Shown in pieces: positions 47,818-60,681 of a stretch of DNA of 60,681 nt. This stretch comes from Mustelus asterias (lineage: Eukaryota): positions 62,001 through 122,681 of the forward strand of contig NW_027591068.1 of NCBI RefSeq assembly GCF_964213995.1, in the 5' to 3' direction. Numbering within the stretch: position 1 is the stretch's first letter; every line of letters starts with the position of its first letter. The position numbers and the translations under genes were made by a program. A model generated the notes under the pieces. The model saw only the letters and a list, made by a program, of their open reading frames with translations. It searched no databases and was not told the DNA's origin.

Positions 47818-47995
47818 TTCTCCCACAGTCCAAAGCTGTGCGGGTTGGGTGGATTGGCCGTGTTAAATTGACCCCAGTGTCAGGGGGATTAGCAGGTTAA
47901 AAGTGTGGGGTTACGGGAATAGGGCCTGGGTGGGATTGTGGTCGGTACAGACTAGATGGGCCGAATGACGACCTCCTGCACTGTAGGGATTGAAT
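47818..47995 (+). mobile_element. 5'-truncated HE1-like SINE
   Basis: Matches 528-712. Confidence 0.8.
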
Positions 47996-50900
47996 GTCTA
48001 AAACCAGTCGCTTCCTCCTGTCTCTCACATACTTATTTAAGATTACGAGGCGAGGTGTATCCCTTTAGGGGGTTACAAAATAGCGCAGAGGGAAACATCA
48101 CCTCAGAGTGGTAACAATATTTATAATCCCACAATCACACACCCACCCTCCCTTAGTCAATGAATGAATGATTCAAATGACAATGAAGGTAATTCTGCAC
48201 AGCAAGATCCCACTGCCAGTCCCACAGTGGAGGAGGACACCCCCAGACTCTGTGTCTCTTTCCCCCTGCCCCTCCTGAGACCCTCTCACATCTCCCCCAC
48301 CCCCTCTCTGTTTAGCTCTCCCTCCATTTCTCTATCTCTCTCTCTGCCTCCTCCGCCTCCCCAACCCTTCTCCTTCCCCTCAATCTTTCCTGTTTAAAGT
48401 TCTGCTCACGGTCACAGTGCGAGGAATAGGGAGCCAGACCCACCTGTGTGCACAGCAAGATCCCACACACACAACCTGGTGAGGGCCAGATTAAATAAAT
48501 GTTGTGGGTGAGGACTGCAGGAGAGTGTGTGGGAAATGGGATCCACTCCTCTCTCTCTCTCTCTCTCTTCCCAAATTAAATTGACAACAATTCACATTGG
48601 TGTTTTCTTAAACATTTTATTGAAAGATGAAATATAGACAGGAATGTCTGGGGAGAGAGAGAGGGGAGGGGTGCTGGGATTGGTAAGAACACTGGAGAGA
48701 CAGAGAAATTCTATACCCCCCCCCCCATCCAAATAGAAATTCCTGGGAAAAGACAGAGAGAAAAGAATCTGGAGTCACACAGCACAGAAACAGGCCCTTC
48801 GGCCCACCAGCTCCATGCTGGCCATCAAATCCCAATCTATCCTCCTCCCATTCCCCAGCACTTGCTCAAGAGCCTACGATGCCTCGGTGATTAAAGTGCT
48901 TGAATTTACCCGACCCCTTTTCAAGCTTTTTCCTTGAACCCACTTTGCGGTCCCTGAGCCAGATTTTGTTTGAAAATAAAAAGTGTGGGCGCTGTTGCTG
49001 TGCAGGCAAAGGCCACAGGCCCAGTGTGTGCACAGCAAGATCCCACAGTAGCAGCAGCAATGTGAACCTGAATCAGATGGGACACAGTCCTCCCCCCACC
49101 CCTCCCCCACTCTCTTGCCTGCTGTGAGCCCCCTTCCCCACTCACTACCCTGTGTGTGTCTGTGTGTGTGTGTCTGCATCATCCCAAATCTCCAGAAAGG
49201 CCGGAACTCCCTCTTAAAAGTAACCCTTTTTAAAACTAAAATCCCTGTGGTGCACAGCAAGATCCCACAAAGTGCAGTCAGCTGTGTTGAGCATTTTTTA
49301 AATTTGGGAATTGTTTATACAGAGTGAGGGAGCCAGAGAGGGGCTGAGACAGTGAAATCCCTCTCTCAGGACCCTCAGAATTAAACTGGAGACCCTGTCC
49401 CTCACTGAAACCCCCCCTCCCTCTAACAGCCTGTGTCTCTCCCCCTGCATCTAATCCACAACTCCAGCTGTTTCCATCCCTCCCTCTTCCTCTCTCTCCC
49501 TGCCTCTCTGTCTCCATCTGTTTCTGCTCGAGAAGAGACGGGGAGAGAGAGAGACGGGGAGAGACAGAGATAAAGCGAGAGAGACAGATATTTGATAATT
49601 AATTGTGTATGGTCGCATGATTGAGTGTGGTTTAATTTGGTGATTTTTTTTATACAGAGAGGCAGAGAGAGAGGTGAAGACAGTGACATTCTCCCCCTGG
49701 CACCCTCGCAAGTTCAAAGACACAAAAGCTGCAGACACTCACACACACAAACTGGGTTTGGTAAGTTTCCCAATCTCTGCAGCTTCCCATGTGGCCCAGG
49801 GTTTGAATTGAAATTTAAAAGCAGCTTGGAGAGACTGAAGGATTTTTGAGTTGAGTTTCTCCCCCCCCCTCACCCTGTAAATATAAAATAGAAATTCCTG
49901 GATTAAAATATTCCCTTGGACAGAGCAGAGGGAATGTGTGAGTGGTGTGTGTGTGTGTCTGAGACCTAGGCTGGATTTGGGAATATCTGCCTGCTGAAGA
50001 GGGTCAGTGAAACCATCCTGGCTGAATATCTCATCGCTAAAGAGTCACAGAGAGAGATATCTGATCAATAAATGTGTTACTGAACCCACTCTGGATGCTC
50101 CCTCTATCTCTGTCTTTCTCACTAACTTCATTGCAGTGTTAATGTAAGCCTTGTGACACTAAGAAATAAACTTTAAATCTTTCAACTTTAAAAACTCTCT
50201 CTTTCTGTCTCTCTCAGTAACTGCAGCGTTAATGTAAGCCTTACTTGTGACACGAATAAACAAACTTTAAAACTTTAAATATCCTCTCTGTCTCTTTCTG
50301 TCTCTTTATCTATGTCTCTGTCTCTGTGTGTCTCTGTCTCTCTCAGTAACTTCATTGCAGTGTTAATGTAAGCCTTACTTGTGACACTAATAATCAAACT
50401 TTAAAACTTTCAACTTTAAAACCTCTGTCTGTGTGTCTCTGTCTCAATTCAGACACTAGTTCAGTGCCAGGTTGAGAGGGGGTCAGTATTGAGCAGAGTG
50501 GGAGGCAGTTTGATACAAAGTTTGCAGAAACTGCAGCGAGTGTTTGTAAACATGTTGGGGTTGTGGAAAGGTCAGTGTGTAACAAGCTGAGGGAAGGTGT
50601 TTCCACTTCACATGTGGCTACTTTTTGACAGAGTTACCTTTGCATCTACAGGGAGCTCTGAAGCCTCATGGCTTTCTGCCTGCCTCTGTTTGAACAGTTT
50701 AATATGTTTCAGCACTGAGACCTCTGGCCCTTGTTGGGAATATCAGTCTCCCAGAATACCAGTATACCTGACTGCCCACCTCCCCGCCCGCCAACCCCAG
50801 CCCCCAACCCTGTGTGTGTGTTGTCCCAAGTCTGGAGACTTCCCCACAGTCCCCTGAAAGGTTTAAACTGCCTCTGAGAAAACACCCCTTTTTAAAACAA

Positions 50901-51049
50901 AATCCCCAGCAAGATCCCACAAGGTGCAGTCAGCTGTGTTGAGAGTTTTGTAATTTGGGAAAAGTTTATACAGAGAGAGAGAGAGTGAGGCAGAGAGGGG
51001 CTGAGACAGTGAAATCAAACCCCCCGGGACACCCAGAATGAAAATTACA

Positions 51050-54000
51050 CAGCACAAAATCCCAGGATTGCCCCTTTCCAGGTTTTACTGAGAGTTTGTC
51101 CAACTAAATATTAATTCCTGGGAAAAAGAGGGAGAGAGAGAGAATAAAGAGAGGCAGAGAGAGGAAGGAAATGGAGAGAAAAGCAGAGAGAAATAGACAG
51201 AATGGGGGAAAAGCTGTGGAGAGGATGAAATGAAAATCTGAACATCTGTTAACTGAATTGTAAAGGCCTCTGTGAATTTTATTCAACAATTAGGTTCATT
51301 GCTCTGTCTCCGACCCCTGTTATTTTAGATTTAAAGCAAACTTATAGACAGTTTCATACATAATTTAGTCTTTGCCACCCACCAAAGGGTTAACGTGTTC
51401 GCGACTAATTACAAAGCCGGGATATTTTAACCCCAGGGTTTCAAACTCCAGCCCCCCACACCCCACAATCGACCAGAACTGGTTCATCCGAGGAAGCGAG
51501 ATTAAAATTAAACCTGGATCAGGGTAATAAAGAGACGACAACTCACATGCGGCCGATAGAACAGGCCTCAGTCCATCCATCCTCCTCTGGAGAAAAGCCC
51601 CTTGTCCAAGGATTCCGAGTCATGTTGCAGTCTTCAAAATTCAAATTCCTGGGGAGAAGAGAAAATAATGAATTAAGGTACAAGAAAATGTTTAAATTAA
51701 ATAGCACAAGAGCCCAGGATTCCCCCTTCTAAGATTTCACTGAGAGATTGTTTAACTAAATATGAATTCCTTGGGAAGAGATAGAATATAATTAATTTAA
51801 ATACAAGAAAATGTTGAAATTAAATAGCACAAGAGCCCAGGATTCCCCTTTCTCAGTTACACAATCTCTCAGTAAAAGCTAAATATTAATTCTTGGGTAA
51901 AAGAGAGAGAAATATATTAAAATACCAGAAAATGTTTAAATTAAATAGCACAAGAGCCCAAGATTCCCCCTTCTCAGATTTTACTGAGAGATTGTCCAAC
52001 AAAATATGACTTCCTGGGAAAAAGAGGGAGAGAGAGGGAATAGAAAAGAGAGACAGATAGAGGAAGGAAAGGGAGAGAAAGAGAGAAAGCGGAGAGAAAT
52101 AGACAGAATGGCGGAAAAGCTGCAGAGAGGACACAATGAAAGTCTGAACATCTGAAAACTGAATTGTAAAGGCCTCTATGAATTTTATTCAACAATTAGG
52201 AACAGCGCTCTGTCTCCCATCCCCTGTTATCTTGGATTTAAAACTAACTTTCAGACTGCTTCATATTACAGATATTTAATTTACTCTTTGCCACCCAGCA
52301 AAGGGTTAACCTGTTTCTGACTAACTGCAAAGCCGGGATATTTTAACCCCAGGGTTTCAAACTCCAGCTGCCCCCCCACACCCCACAATCGAACCAGAAC
52401 TGGTTCATCCGAGGAAGCGAGATTAAAATTAAACCTGGATCAGGGTAATAAAGAGATGACAACTCACATGCGGCCTATAGAACAGGCCTCAGTCCATCCA
52501 TCCTCCTCTGGAGAAAAGCCCCTTGTCCAAGGATTCTGAGTCCCATTGTAGTCTCTCATGTACTCTGCATTGAAACGAGCGAAGCCATATTCCTGTCTCC
52601 CTGCTGACAATAACGGAGAGTTTTTATTGATTAAAGATTTAAAGAGACACAAAGAAAGATGGAGCCAGAGAGAGAGAGAGACATTCTGGAGAGTGATAGA
52701 CAGATATGGAAGAACGCTCGAGAGAGAGAGAGATGAGCGGAAAGAGACAGGAAGGGAGAGAAAGCTGAAGATGAGAAAAAATACTGGAGGGAGAGACAGA
52801 GAGAAAAGCAGAGAGAAATAGACAGAATGGGGAAGAAAGCTGTAGAGGGGAAGATAAATGCAATGGCTGAACTTCAGAAAATTGAATTGTAATGTCCTCT
52901 GTGAAACGTATTTAACATTCGGGTATATCACTCTCTCCCACCCCTGATATTTTGGATTTATATCAAACTTTTAGACAGCTTCATATTACAGATATTTAAT
53001 TTACTCTTTGCCACCCACCTAAGGGTTAATGTGTTTGTAACTAATTGCAAAGCTGGGATATTTTAACCCCAGGGTTTTAAACTCCACCCCCCCCCCCCCC
53101 CCTCCCCACCCCACAATCGAACCAGAACTGGTTCATCCGAGGAAGCGAGATTAAAATTAAACCTGGATCAGGGTAATAAAGAGACGACGACTCACATGCG
53201 GCCTATAGAACAGGCCTTAGTCCATCCATCCTCCTCTGGAGAAAAGCCCCTTGTCCAAGGATTCCGAGTCATGTTGCAGTCTTCAAAATTCAAATTCCTG
53301 GGGAACAGAGAAAATAATTAATTAAAGTACAAGAAAATGTTTAAATTAAATAGCACAAGAGCCCAGGATTCCCCCTTCTAAGATTTCACTGACAGATTGT
53401 TTAACTAAATATGAATTCCTTGGGAAGAGATCGAATATAATTAATTTAAATACAAGAAAATGTTGAAATTAAATAGCACAAGAGACCAGGATTCCCCTTT
53501 CTCAGTTACACAATCTCTCAGTAAAATCTAAATATTAATTCTTGGGTAAAAGAGAGAGAAATATATTAAAATACCAGAAAATGTTTAAATTAAATAGCAC
53601 AAGAGCCCAAGATTCCCCCTTCTCAGATTTTACTGAGAGATTGTGCAACAAAATATGACTTCCTGGGAAAAAGAGGGAGAGAGAGGGAATAAAAAAGAGA
53701 GACAGATAGAGGAAGGAAAGGGAGAGAAAGAGAGAGAGAAAGCAGAGAGAAATAGACAGAATGGGGGAAAAGCTGCAGAGAGGACACAATGAAAGTCTGA
53801 ACATCTGAAAACTGAATTATAAAGGCCTCTATGAATTTTATTCAACAATTAGGAACAGCGCTCTGTCTCCCATCCCTGTTATCTTGGATTTAAAACTAAC
53901 TTTGAGACAGCTTCATATTACAGACATTTAATTTACTCTCTGCCACCCAGCAAAGGGTTAACCTGTTTCTGACTAACTGCAAAGTCGGGATATTTTAACC

Positions 54001-54450
54001 CCAGGGTTTCAAACTCCAGCTGCCCCCCCACACCCCACAATCGAACCAGAACTGATTCATCCGAGGAAGCGAGATTAAAATTAAACCTGGATCAGGGGAA
54101 TAAAGAGACGACAACTCACTTGCGGCCTATAGAACAGGCTTCAGTCCATCCATCCTCCTCTGGAGATAAGCCCCTTGTCCAAGGATTCCGAGTCACATTG
54201 CAGTCTTCAAAATTCAAATTCCTGGGGAGAAGAGAAAATAATTAATTAAAATACAAGAATTCTTTAAATTAAATAGCACAAGAGGCCAGGATTCCCCCTT
54301 CTCAGTTACACAATCTCTCAGTAAAATCTAAATATTAATTCTTGGGGAAAGAGAGAGAAAATAATTAAAATACAAGAAAATATTTAAATTACATAGCACA
54401 GCAAAAAACCCAGGATCTCCCCTCAGTGACACAATCTCTCAGTAACACCC
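51050..54450. repeat. Tandem duplication (~1.65 kb block made of ~0.73 and ~0.92 kb sub-units)
   Basis: Homologous splice donors at 51546, 52467, 53195 and 54119. Confidence 0.88.
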
Positions 54451-54737
54451 AAACACAACAAGTCAGTTGTAAAGCAGAGACTAAAGAGATTGAGACAGTT
54501 CCCTCCCTGTGTGTTTCTCTCTCTCTCTCTCTATTCCACTCTCATTCAGATCTCGCTCCCTCTGATATGAAACATTAAATCTGGATCAGGTTAATAAACA
54601 GACACAACTCACTCGGGATGAAGCCTGAGCAACAGGCCTCAGTCAGCCCTCCCTCTGGACGAAGCTCCTCTCCCTCATCCTGGTCACAAACATTCCCGTC
54701 CTTTGGATCCTCGACACATCCCCAGTTTTCAAAATTC
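51547..54737 (-). CDS. Putative tandem coding exons of an unidentified extracellular protein
   Basis: Three 102-bp exons (54221-54120, 53297-53196, 51648-51547) with a pyrimidine tract + CAG acceptor and GTGAGT donor. One open frame: NLNFEDCN(M/V)TRNPWTRG(F/L)SPEEDGWT(E/K)ACSIGR. Related exons at 52600-52468 and 54737-54613. Confidence 0.5.
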
Positions 54738-55751
54738 CTCAGGAGAAAAAGAGATAAAAATTGGTTAAAAAGAGAGAGAAAAAGAGACAAGGCCATTTTA
54801 ACAATAAGACACACAACATATCACAGCGAGGAGTCCAGCATTTCCATTCAAGTCCATTCAGCATCATGTCAACACAAGCAAAGCACAGGTAAAAACGCAG
54901 ATTGAGACACACACACACACACTGAATCAGAGTGGGAATGTTTTCAGTGCAGGGGGATTATTGGTGTGGAGACTGAAGGCTCTCAGATTCACATTTATCC
55001 TGAGTGTGCTGGATGCAAACCCCACCCTGAGTCTCTGACATGTCTGCAATGTCTGTCTCTCTATTGAGATGCTAATTCACCCCCCCTCCCCCTCTCACCC
55101 CAGAGGAGTTTGTGGCAATGTCAGACTGACTATTGATATGTTAATGCAGGGAGGCAATGGATTCTGCAATCTCCTGCCTTTAGTTTCTTTAGTTTAGTTT
55201 CAAACTTTATTTCTTTTCCCCTGTAGGTCGTGTTCGTCCATTTCAAAAACCCCCTGACCCCCCCACAGCAGCCCTGAAAATCCTTGCAGCCGCTCCCCAC
55301 AACCCAGCGAGTGGAGGGGGAATGGGGATGTGTGAGTGAGTGGATTGGGGGGATTGTGTCAGTGTGTGTCTGTCTATCCCCCCCCTCTCTGCTCACACTT
55401 CCTGCCCAGCCTGCTGAAGACAGGGAAAGAATGGGAGTTGAACAAAGCCTCCTCTCTGCCTCCATTTTCAAAGGATTTGCCCCTTTCTCACACCAGTTTT
55501 GTCCATTGAGCTGTCCCTATCAATTGGAAAAAAGTTTTATTTATCTCGCTGTGAGATATGAAGTCACTAATTACTAAATACAGGCAAAAACATCCCATTA
55601 TGAGACACGGAGGTTCAATGGGATTTTAAACTGAAATCCTCGGATGTCAATTCCTTAGGTTAAAAGTTTCTAATTCATTAATTTGGATTAAATTAAAACC
55701 GGCCAGTATATTCTCACCAGCTGCTTTCTGTTAACTCTCCCCCTTATCACC

Positions 55752-56048
55752 GGTGGTTAGCACTGCTGCCTCACAGCGCCAGGGACCCGGGTTCGATTCC
55801 CGGCTTGGGTCACTGCCTGTGCAGAGTCTGCACGTTCTCCCCGTGTCTGCGTGGGTTTCCTCTGGGTGCTCCGGTTTCCTCCCACAGTCTGAAAGACGTG
55901 CTGGTTAGGGTGCATTGGCCGTGCTAAATTCTCCCTCAGTGTGACCCGAACAGGCGCCGGAGTGTGGGCGACTCGGGGATTCTCACAGTAACTTCATTGC
56001 AGTGTTAATGTAAACCTACTTGTCACACTCGTAAATAAACTGAAACTT
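55752..56048 (+). mobile_element. tRNA-derived SINE
   Basis: GGTGGTTAGCAC..GGTTCGATTCC, core, and tail as at 1003-1210. Confidence 0.88.
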
Positions 56049-56059
56049 AACACTCCTGC

Positions 56060-57970
56060 ACTCTCCCGCCAGCACTCACTCACTGTTGTACACTTACTCA
56101 GTCTCACACACATTACACACATACTCACTTTTACACACTCCCTCTTGCACACTTGCTCACACACACACTCACTCTCATAAACACTCACTTTAACACACTC
56201 ACATCAACACACACATGAATACTCCCTCACACACTCTCACACACACATTCACTCACTCGCACGCACTCNNNNNNNNNNNNNNNNNNNNNNNNNNNNNNNN
56301 NNNNNNNNNNNNNNNNNNNNNNNNNNNNNNNNNNNNNNNNNNNNNNNNNNNNNNNNNNNNNNNNNNNNNNNNNNNNNNNNNNNNNNNNNNNNNNNNNNNN
56401 NNNNACTCTGTCTCGCTCACACACACTCTCTGTCTCGCTCGCTCACACTCTCTGTCCCGCTCACACACACTCTCTGTCTCTCACACACACTCTCTGTCTC
56501 TCACACACACTCTCTGTCTCTCACACACACTCTCTGTCTCTCACACACACTCTCTGTCTCTCACACACACTCTCTGTCTCTCACACACACTCTCTGTCTC
56601 GCTCACACACACTCTCTGTCTCTCACACACACTCTCTGTCCCTCTCACACACACTCTCTGTCTCTCACACACACTCTCTGTCTCTCACACACACACTCTC
56701 TGTCTCGCTCACACACACTCTGTCTCGCTCACACACACTCTCTGTCTCGCTCACACACACTCTCTGTCTCGCTCACACACACTCACTGTCTCGCTCACAC
56801 ACACTCACTGTCTCGCTCACACACACTCACTGTCTCGCTCACACACACTCTCTGTCTCACACACACTCTCTGTCTCTCACACACACACTCTCTGTCTCGC
56901 TCACACACACTCTCTGTCTCGCTCACACACACTCTCTGTCTCGCTCACACACACTCTCTGTCTCGCTCACACACACTCTCTGTCTCTCACACACACTCTC
57001 TGTCTCTCACACACACTCTCTGTCTCTCACACACACTCTCTGTCTCTCACACACACTCTCTGTCTCTCACACACACTCTCTGTCTCTCACACACACTCTC
57101 TGTCTCTCACACACACTCTCTGTCTCTCACACACACTCTCTGTCTCTCTCACACACACTCTCTGTCTCTCTCACACACACTCTCTGTCTCTCACACACAC
57201 TCTCTGTCTCTCACACACACTCTCTGTCTCTCACACACACTCTCTGTCTCTCACACACACTCTCTGTCTCTCACACACACTCTCTGTCTCGCTCACACAC
57301 ACTCTCTGTCCCTCTCACACACACTCTCTGTCCCTCTCACACACACTCTCTGTCTCTCACACACACACTCTCTGTCTCTCACACACACTCTCTGTCTCTC
57401 ACACACACTCTCTGTCTCGCTCACACACACTCTCTGTCCCTCTCACACACACTCTCTGTCCCTCTCACACACACTCTCTGTCTCTCACACACACACTCTC
57501 TGTCTCTCACACACACACTCTCTGTCTCGCTCACACACACTCTCTGTCTCTCACACACACTCTCTGTCTCTCACACACACTCTCTGTCTCTCACACACAC
57601 TCTCTGTCTCTCACACACACACTCTCTGTCTCGCTCACACACACTCACTGTCTCGCTCACACACACTCTCTGTCTCGCTCACACACACTCTCTGTCTCGC
57701 TCACACACACTCTCTGTCTCGCTCACACACTCTCTGTCTCGCTCACACACACTCTCTGTCTCTCACACACACTCTCTGTCTCGCTCACACACACTCTCTG
57801 TCTCTCACACACACTCTCTGTCTCTCACACACACTCTCTGTCTCGCTCACACACACTCTCTGTCTCGCTCACACACACTCTCTGTCTCGCTCACACACAC
57901 TCTCTGTCTCGCTCACACACACTCTCTGTCTCGCTCACACACACTCTCTGTCTCGCTCACACACACTCTG
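56060..57970. repeat. (CA/CT)-rich simple repeat, unit ~TCTCTGTCTCTCACACACAC
   Basis: Direct inspection; includes an N gap. Confidence 0.95.
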
Positions 57971-59175
57971 TCTTGTATCTATCCTGTGAGTGTTTGATTG
58001 GGACAGTGTAGAGGGAGCTTTATTCTGTATCTAACTCCATGCTGTCCCTGTCCTGGGTGTGTTTGATGGGGACAGTGTAGAGGGAGCTTTACTCTGTATT
58101 GAATCCCGTGCTGTATTTGTCCTGGGAGTGTTTGATGGGGACAGTGTCGAGGGAGCTATACTCTGCACCTAACCCCGTGCTGTATCTGTTCCGGGAGTGT
58201 TTGATGGGGATAGTGTAGAGGGAGCTTTATCTGTATCTAACCCTGTGCTGTATATGTCCTGGAAGTGTTTGATGAGGACAGTGTCGAGGGAGCTTTACTC
58301 TGTATCTAACCCCGTGCTGTACCTGTGCTGGGCGAGTTTGATGGGGACAGTGCAGAGGGAGCTTTACTCTGTATCTAACCCCGTGCTGTATCTGTTCCGG
58401 GAGTGTTTGATGGGGACAGTGTGGAGGGAGATTTACTCTGTATCTAACCCCATGCTGTACCTGTCCTGGGACTGTTTGATGGAGACAGTGTCGAGGGAGC
58501 TTTACTCTGTATCTAACCACTTGCTGTATCTGTCCTGGGAGTGTTTGATGGTGACAGTGTCGAGGGAGCTTTACTCTGTATCTAACCCCGTGCTGTACCT
58601 GTCCTTGATTTGTCTGATGGGGATATTGTAGAGGGAGCTTTACTCCATATCTCACCCCCTGCTCTATCTGTTGTTGGAGTGTTTGATGGGGATAGTGCAG
58701 AGTGAGCTTTACTTTGTATCTAACCCATGCTGTGCCTGTCCTGGGAGTGTTTGATGGGGACAGTATCGAGGGAGCTTTATTCTTTATCTAAACCCGTGCT
58801 GTACCTGTCCTGGGCGAGTGTGTTGGGGACAGTGCAGAGGGAGCTTTCCTCTGTATCTAACCCCGTGCTGTATCTGTCCTTGGTTTGTTTGATTGATCTC
58901 CACATCATAACTTGTTTGATGGGGACAGTGTAGAGGGAGCTTTACTCTATATCTAACCCCGTGCTGTACCTGTCCTGGGTGTGTTGGATCGGGACTGTGG
59001 AGAGGGAGCTTTACTCTGTATCGAACTCTGTGCTGTGTCTGTCCTGGGTGTGTTGGATGGGGACAGTGGAGAGAGAGCTTTACTCTGTATCGAACTCTGT
59101 GCTGTACCTGTACCTTTCCTGTGAGTGTTTGATGGGAACAGTGTCGAGGGAGCTTTACTTTGCATCTAATCCCAT
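57971..59175 (+). repeat. 69-bp satellite
   Basis: Unit GGGACAGTGTAGAGGGAGCTTTACTCTGTATCTAACCCCGTGCTGTACCTGTCCTGGGAGTGTTTGATG; 23-aa periodicity in the ORF track. Confidence 0.93.
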
Positions 59176-59209
59176 GATTCAGTTACTGATAGACTGTAGA
59201 GGAAGATCA

Positions 59210-60681
59210 GGTCACACACACACGTTCTCCTTACACACTCTCAGACACACACACACACACACACACATGCTCTCTCTGTCTCTCACACACACATACACTA
59301 TCTCTTACGCACTCTCTCACTCACACACATGCTCTTTCTCTCTGTCACACACACTTTCTCTCACACATTCTCTCACACCCACTTTCACGCTCACACACTC
59401 TCACCCATGCACCCTCTCTCACTGTCACACTCTCACACACATGCACTCAGTCTCACACACACACATACACTCACTCTCTCACACACATACACTCTCTCTC
59501 TCACACATACACTCTCTCTCTCACACATACACTNNNNNNNNNNNNNNNNNNNNNNNNNNNNNNNNNNNNNNNNNNNNNNNNNNNNNNNNNNNNNNNNNNN
59601 NNNNNNNNNNNNNNNNNNNNNNNNNNNNNNNNNNNNNNNNNNNNNNNNNNNNNNNNNNNNNNNNNNNNNNNNNNNNNNNNNNNNNNNNNNNNNNACACTC
59701 TCTCAAACATACACTCTCTCTCACGCACACACTCTCTCTCACGCACACACTCTCTCTCACGCACACACTCTCTCTCACGCACACACTCTCTCTCACGCAC
59801 ACACTCTCTCTCACGCACACACTCTCTCACACACACGCTCTCTCTCTCACGCACACGCACTCTCTCTCACGCACACGCACTCTCCCTCACGCACACGCAC
59901 TCTCTCTCGCACACGCACTCTCTCTCTCGCACACACTCTCTCTCTCGCACACACTCTCTCTCTCGCACACACTCTCTCTCTCGCACACACTCTCTCTCTC
60001 GCACACACTCTCTCTCTCGCACACACTCTCTCTCTCGCACACACTCTCTCTCTCGCACACACTCTCTCTCTCGCACACACTCTCTCTCTCGCACACACTC
60101 TCTCTCTCGCACACACTCTCTCTCTCGCACACACTCTCTCTCTCGCACACACTCTCTCTCTCGCACACACTCTCTCTCTCGCACACACTCTCTCTCTCGC
60201 ACACACTCACTCTCTCGCACACACTCTCTCTCGCACACACTCTCTCTCTCGCACACACTCTCTCTCTCGCACACACTCTCTCTCTCGCACACACTCTCTC
60301 TCTCGCACACACTCTCTCTCGCACACACTCTCTCTCTCGCACACACTCTCTCTCTCGCACACACTCTCTCTCTCGCACACACTCTCTCTCTCGCACACAC
60401 TCTCTCTCTCGCACACACTCTCTCTCTCGCACACACTCTCTCTCTCGCACACACTCTCTCTCTCGCACACACTCTCTCTCTCGCACACACTCTCTCTCTC
60501 GCACACACTCTCTCTCTCGCACACACTCTCTCTCTCGCACACACTCTCTCTCTCGCACACACTCTCTCTCTCGCACACACTCTCTCTCTCGCACACACTC
60601 TCTCTCTCGCACACACTCTCTCTCTCGCACACACTCTCTCTCTCGCACACACTCTCTCTCTCGCACACACTCTCTCTCTCG
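59210..60681. repeat. Simple repeat (CTCTCTCTCGCACACA)n
   Basis: Direct inspection; includes an N gap. Confidence 0.95.

Larger units (their letters stand above)
41065..49385. repeat. Mosaic local segmental duplications
   Basis: 41065-42390 ~ 44565-46045; 42545-43460 ~ 48570-49385; partial copy at 43900-44270. Recurrent CACAGCAAGATCCCAC, probably a Deu-domain SINE remnant. Confidence 0.8.

Noticed and set aside
50638-50770. Candidate minus-strand exon ending AAG|GTAACT
   Set aside because: No convincing acceptor, and the frame compatible with the repeat exons contains a stop.
56215-60670. ORFs up to 598 aa (SLTHT, CVRER repeats)
   Set aside because: Simple repeats and satellite.

Overview
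Vertebrate genomic DNA, almost certainly from a shark (cartilaginous fish), judging by its HE1-type SINEs, CR1 LINEs, Penelope-like elements and 69-bp satellite. Positions ~3.9-31.1 kb hold a germline T-cell receptor alpha/delta-type V-segment array in mixed orientation. Seven segments look functional (leader exon, intron, V exon, 22/23-bp-spacer RSS). One further open V exon lacks both canonical cysteines and has no visible leader. There are also about six V pseudogenes or relics and two orphan leader exons. No D, J, C, IgVH-like or IgNAR-like segment was found. The array is bracketed by two related 56-bp minisatellites whose units resemble a 12-spacer RSS. It also carries CRE/CCAAT promoters, mostly co-oriented CTCF-like motifs, an AGCT/G-run minisatellite and several hammerhead-bearing Penelope insertions. 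The right half (36-60.7 kb) is repeat-rich with assembly gaps. It contains a candidate TATA promoter with two exons on + and, on -, tandem splice-flanked 34-codon exons plus a possible GPI-signal exon of an unidentified gene. All calls are manual sequence readings; no database search was run.
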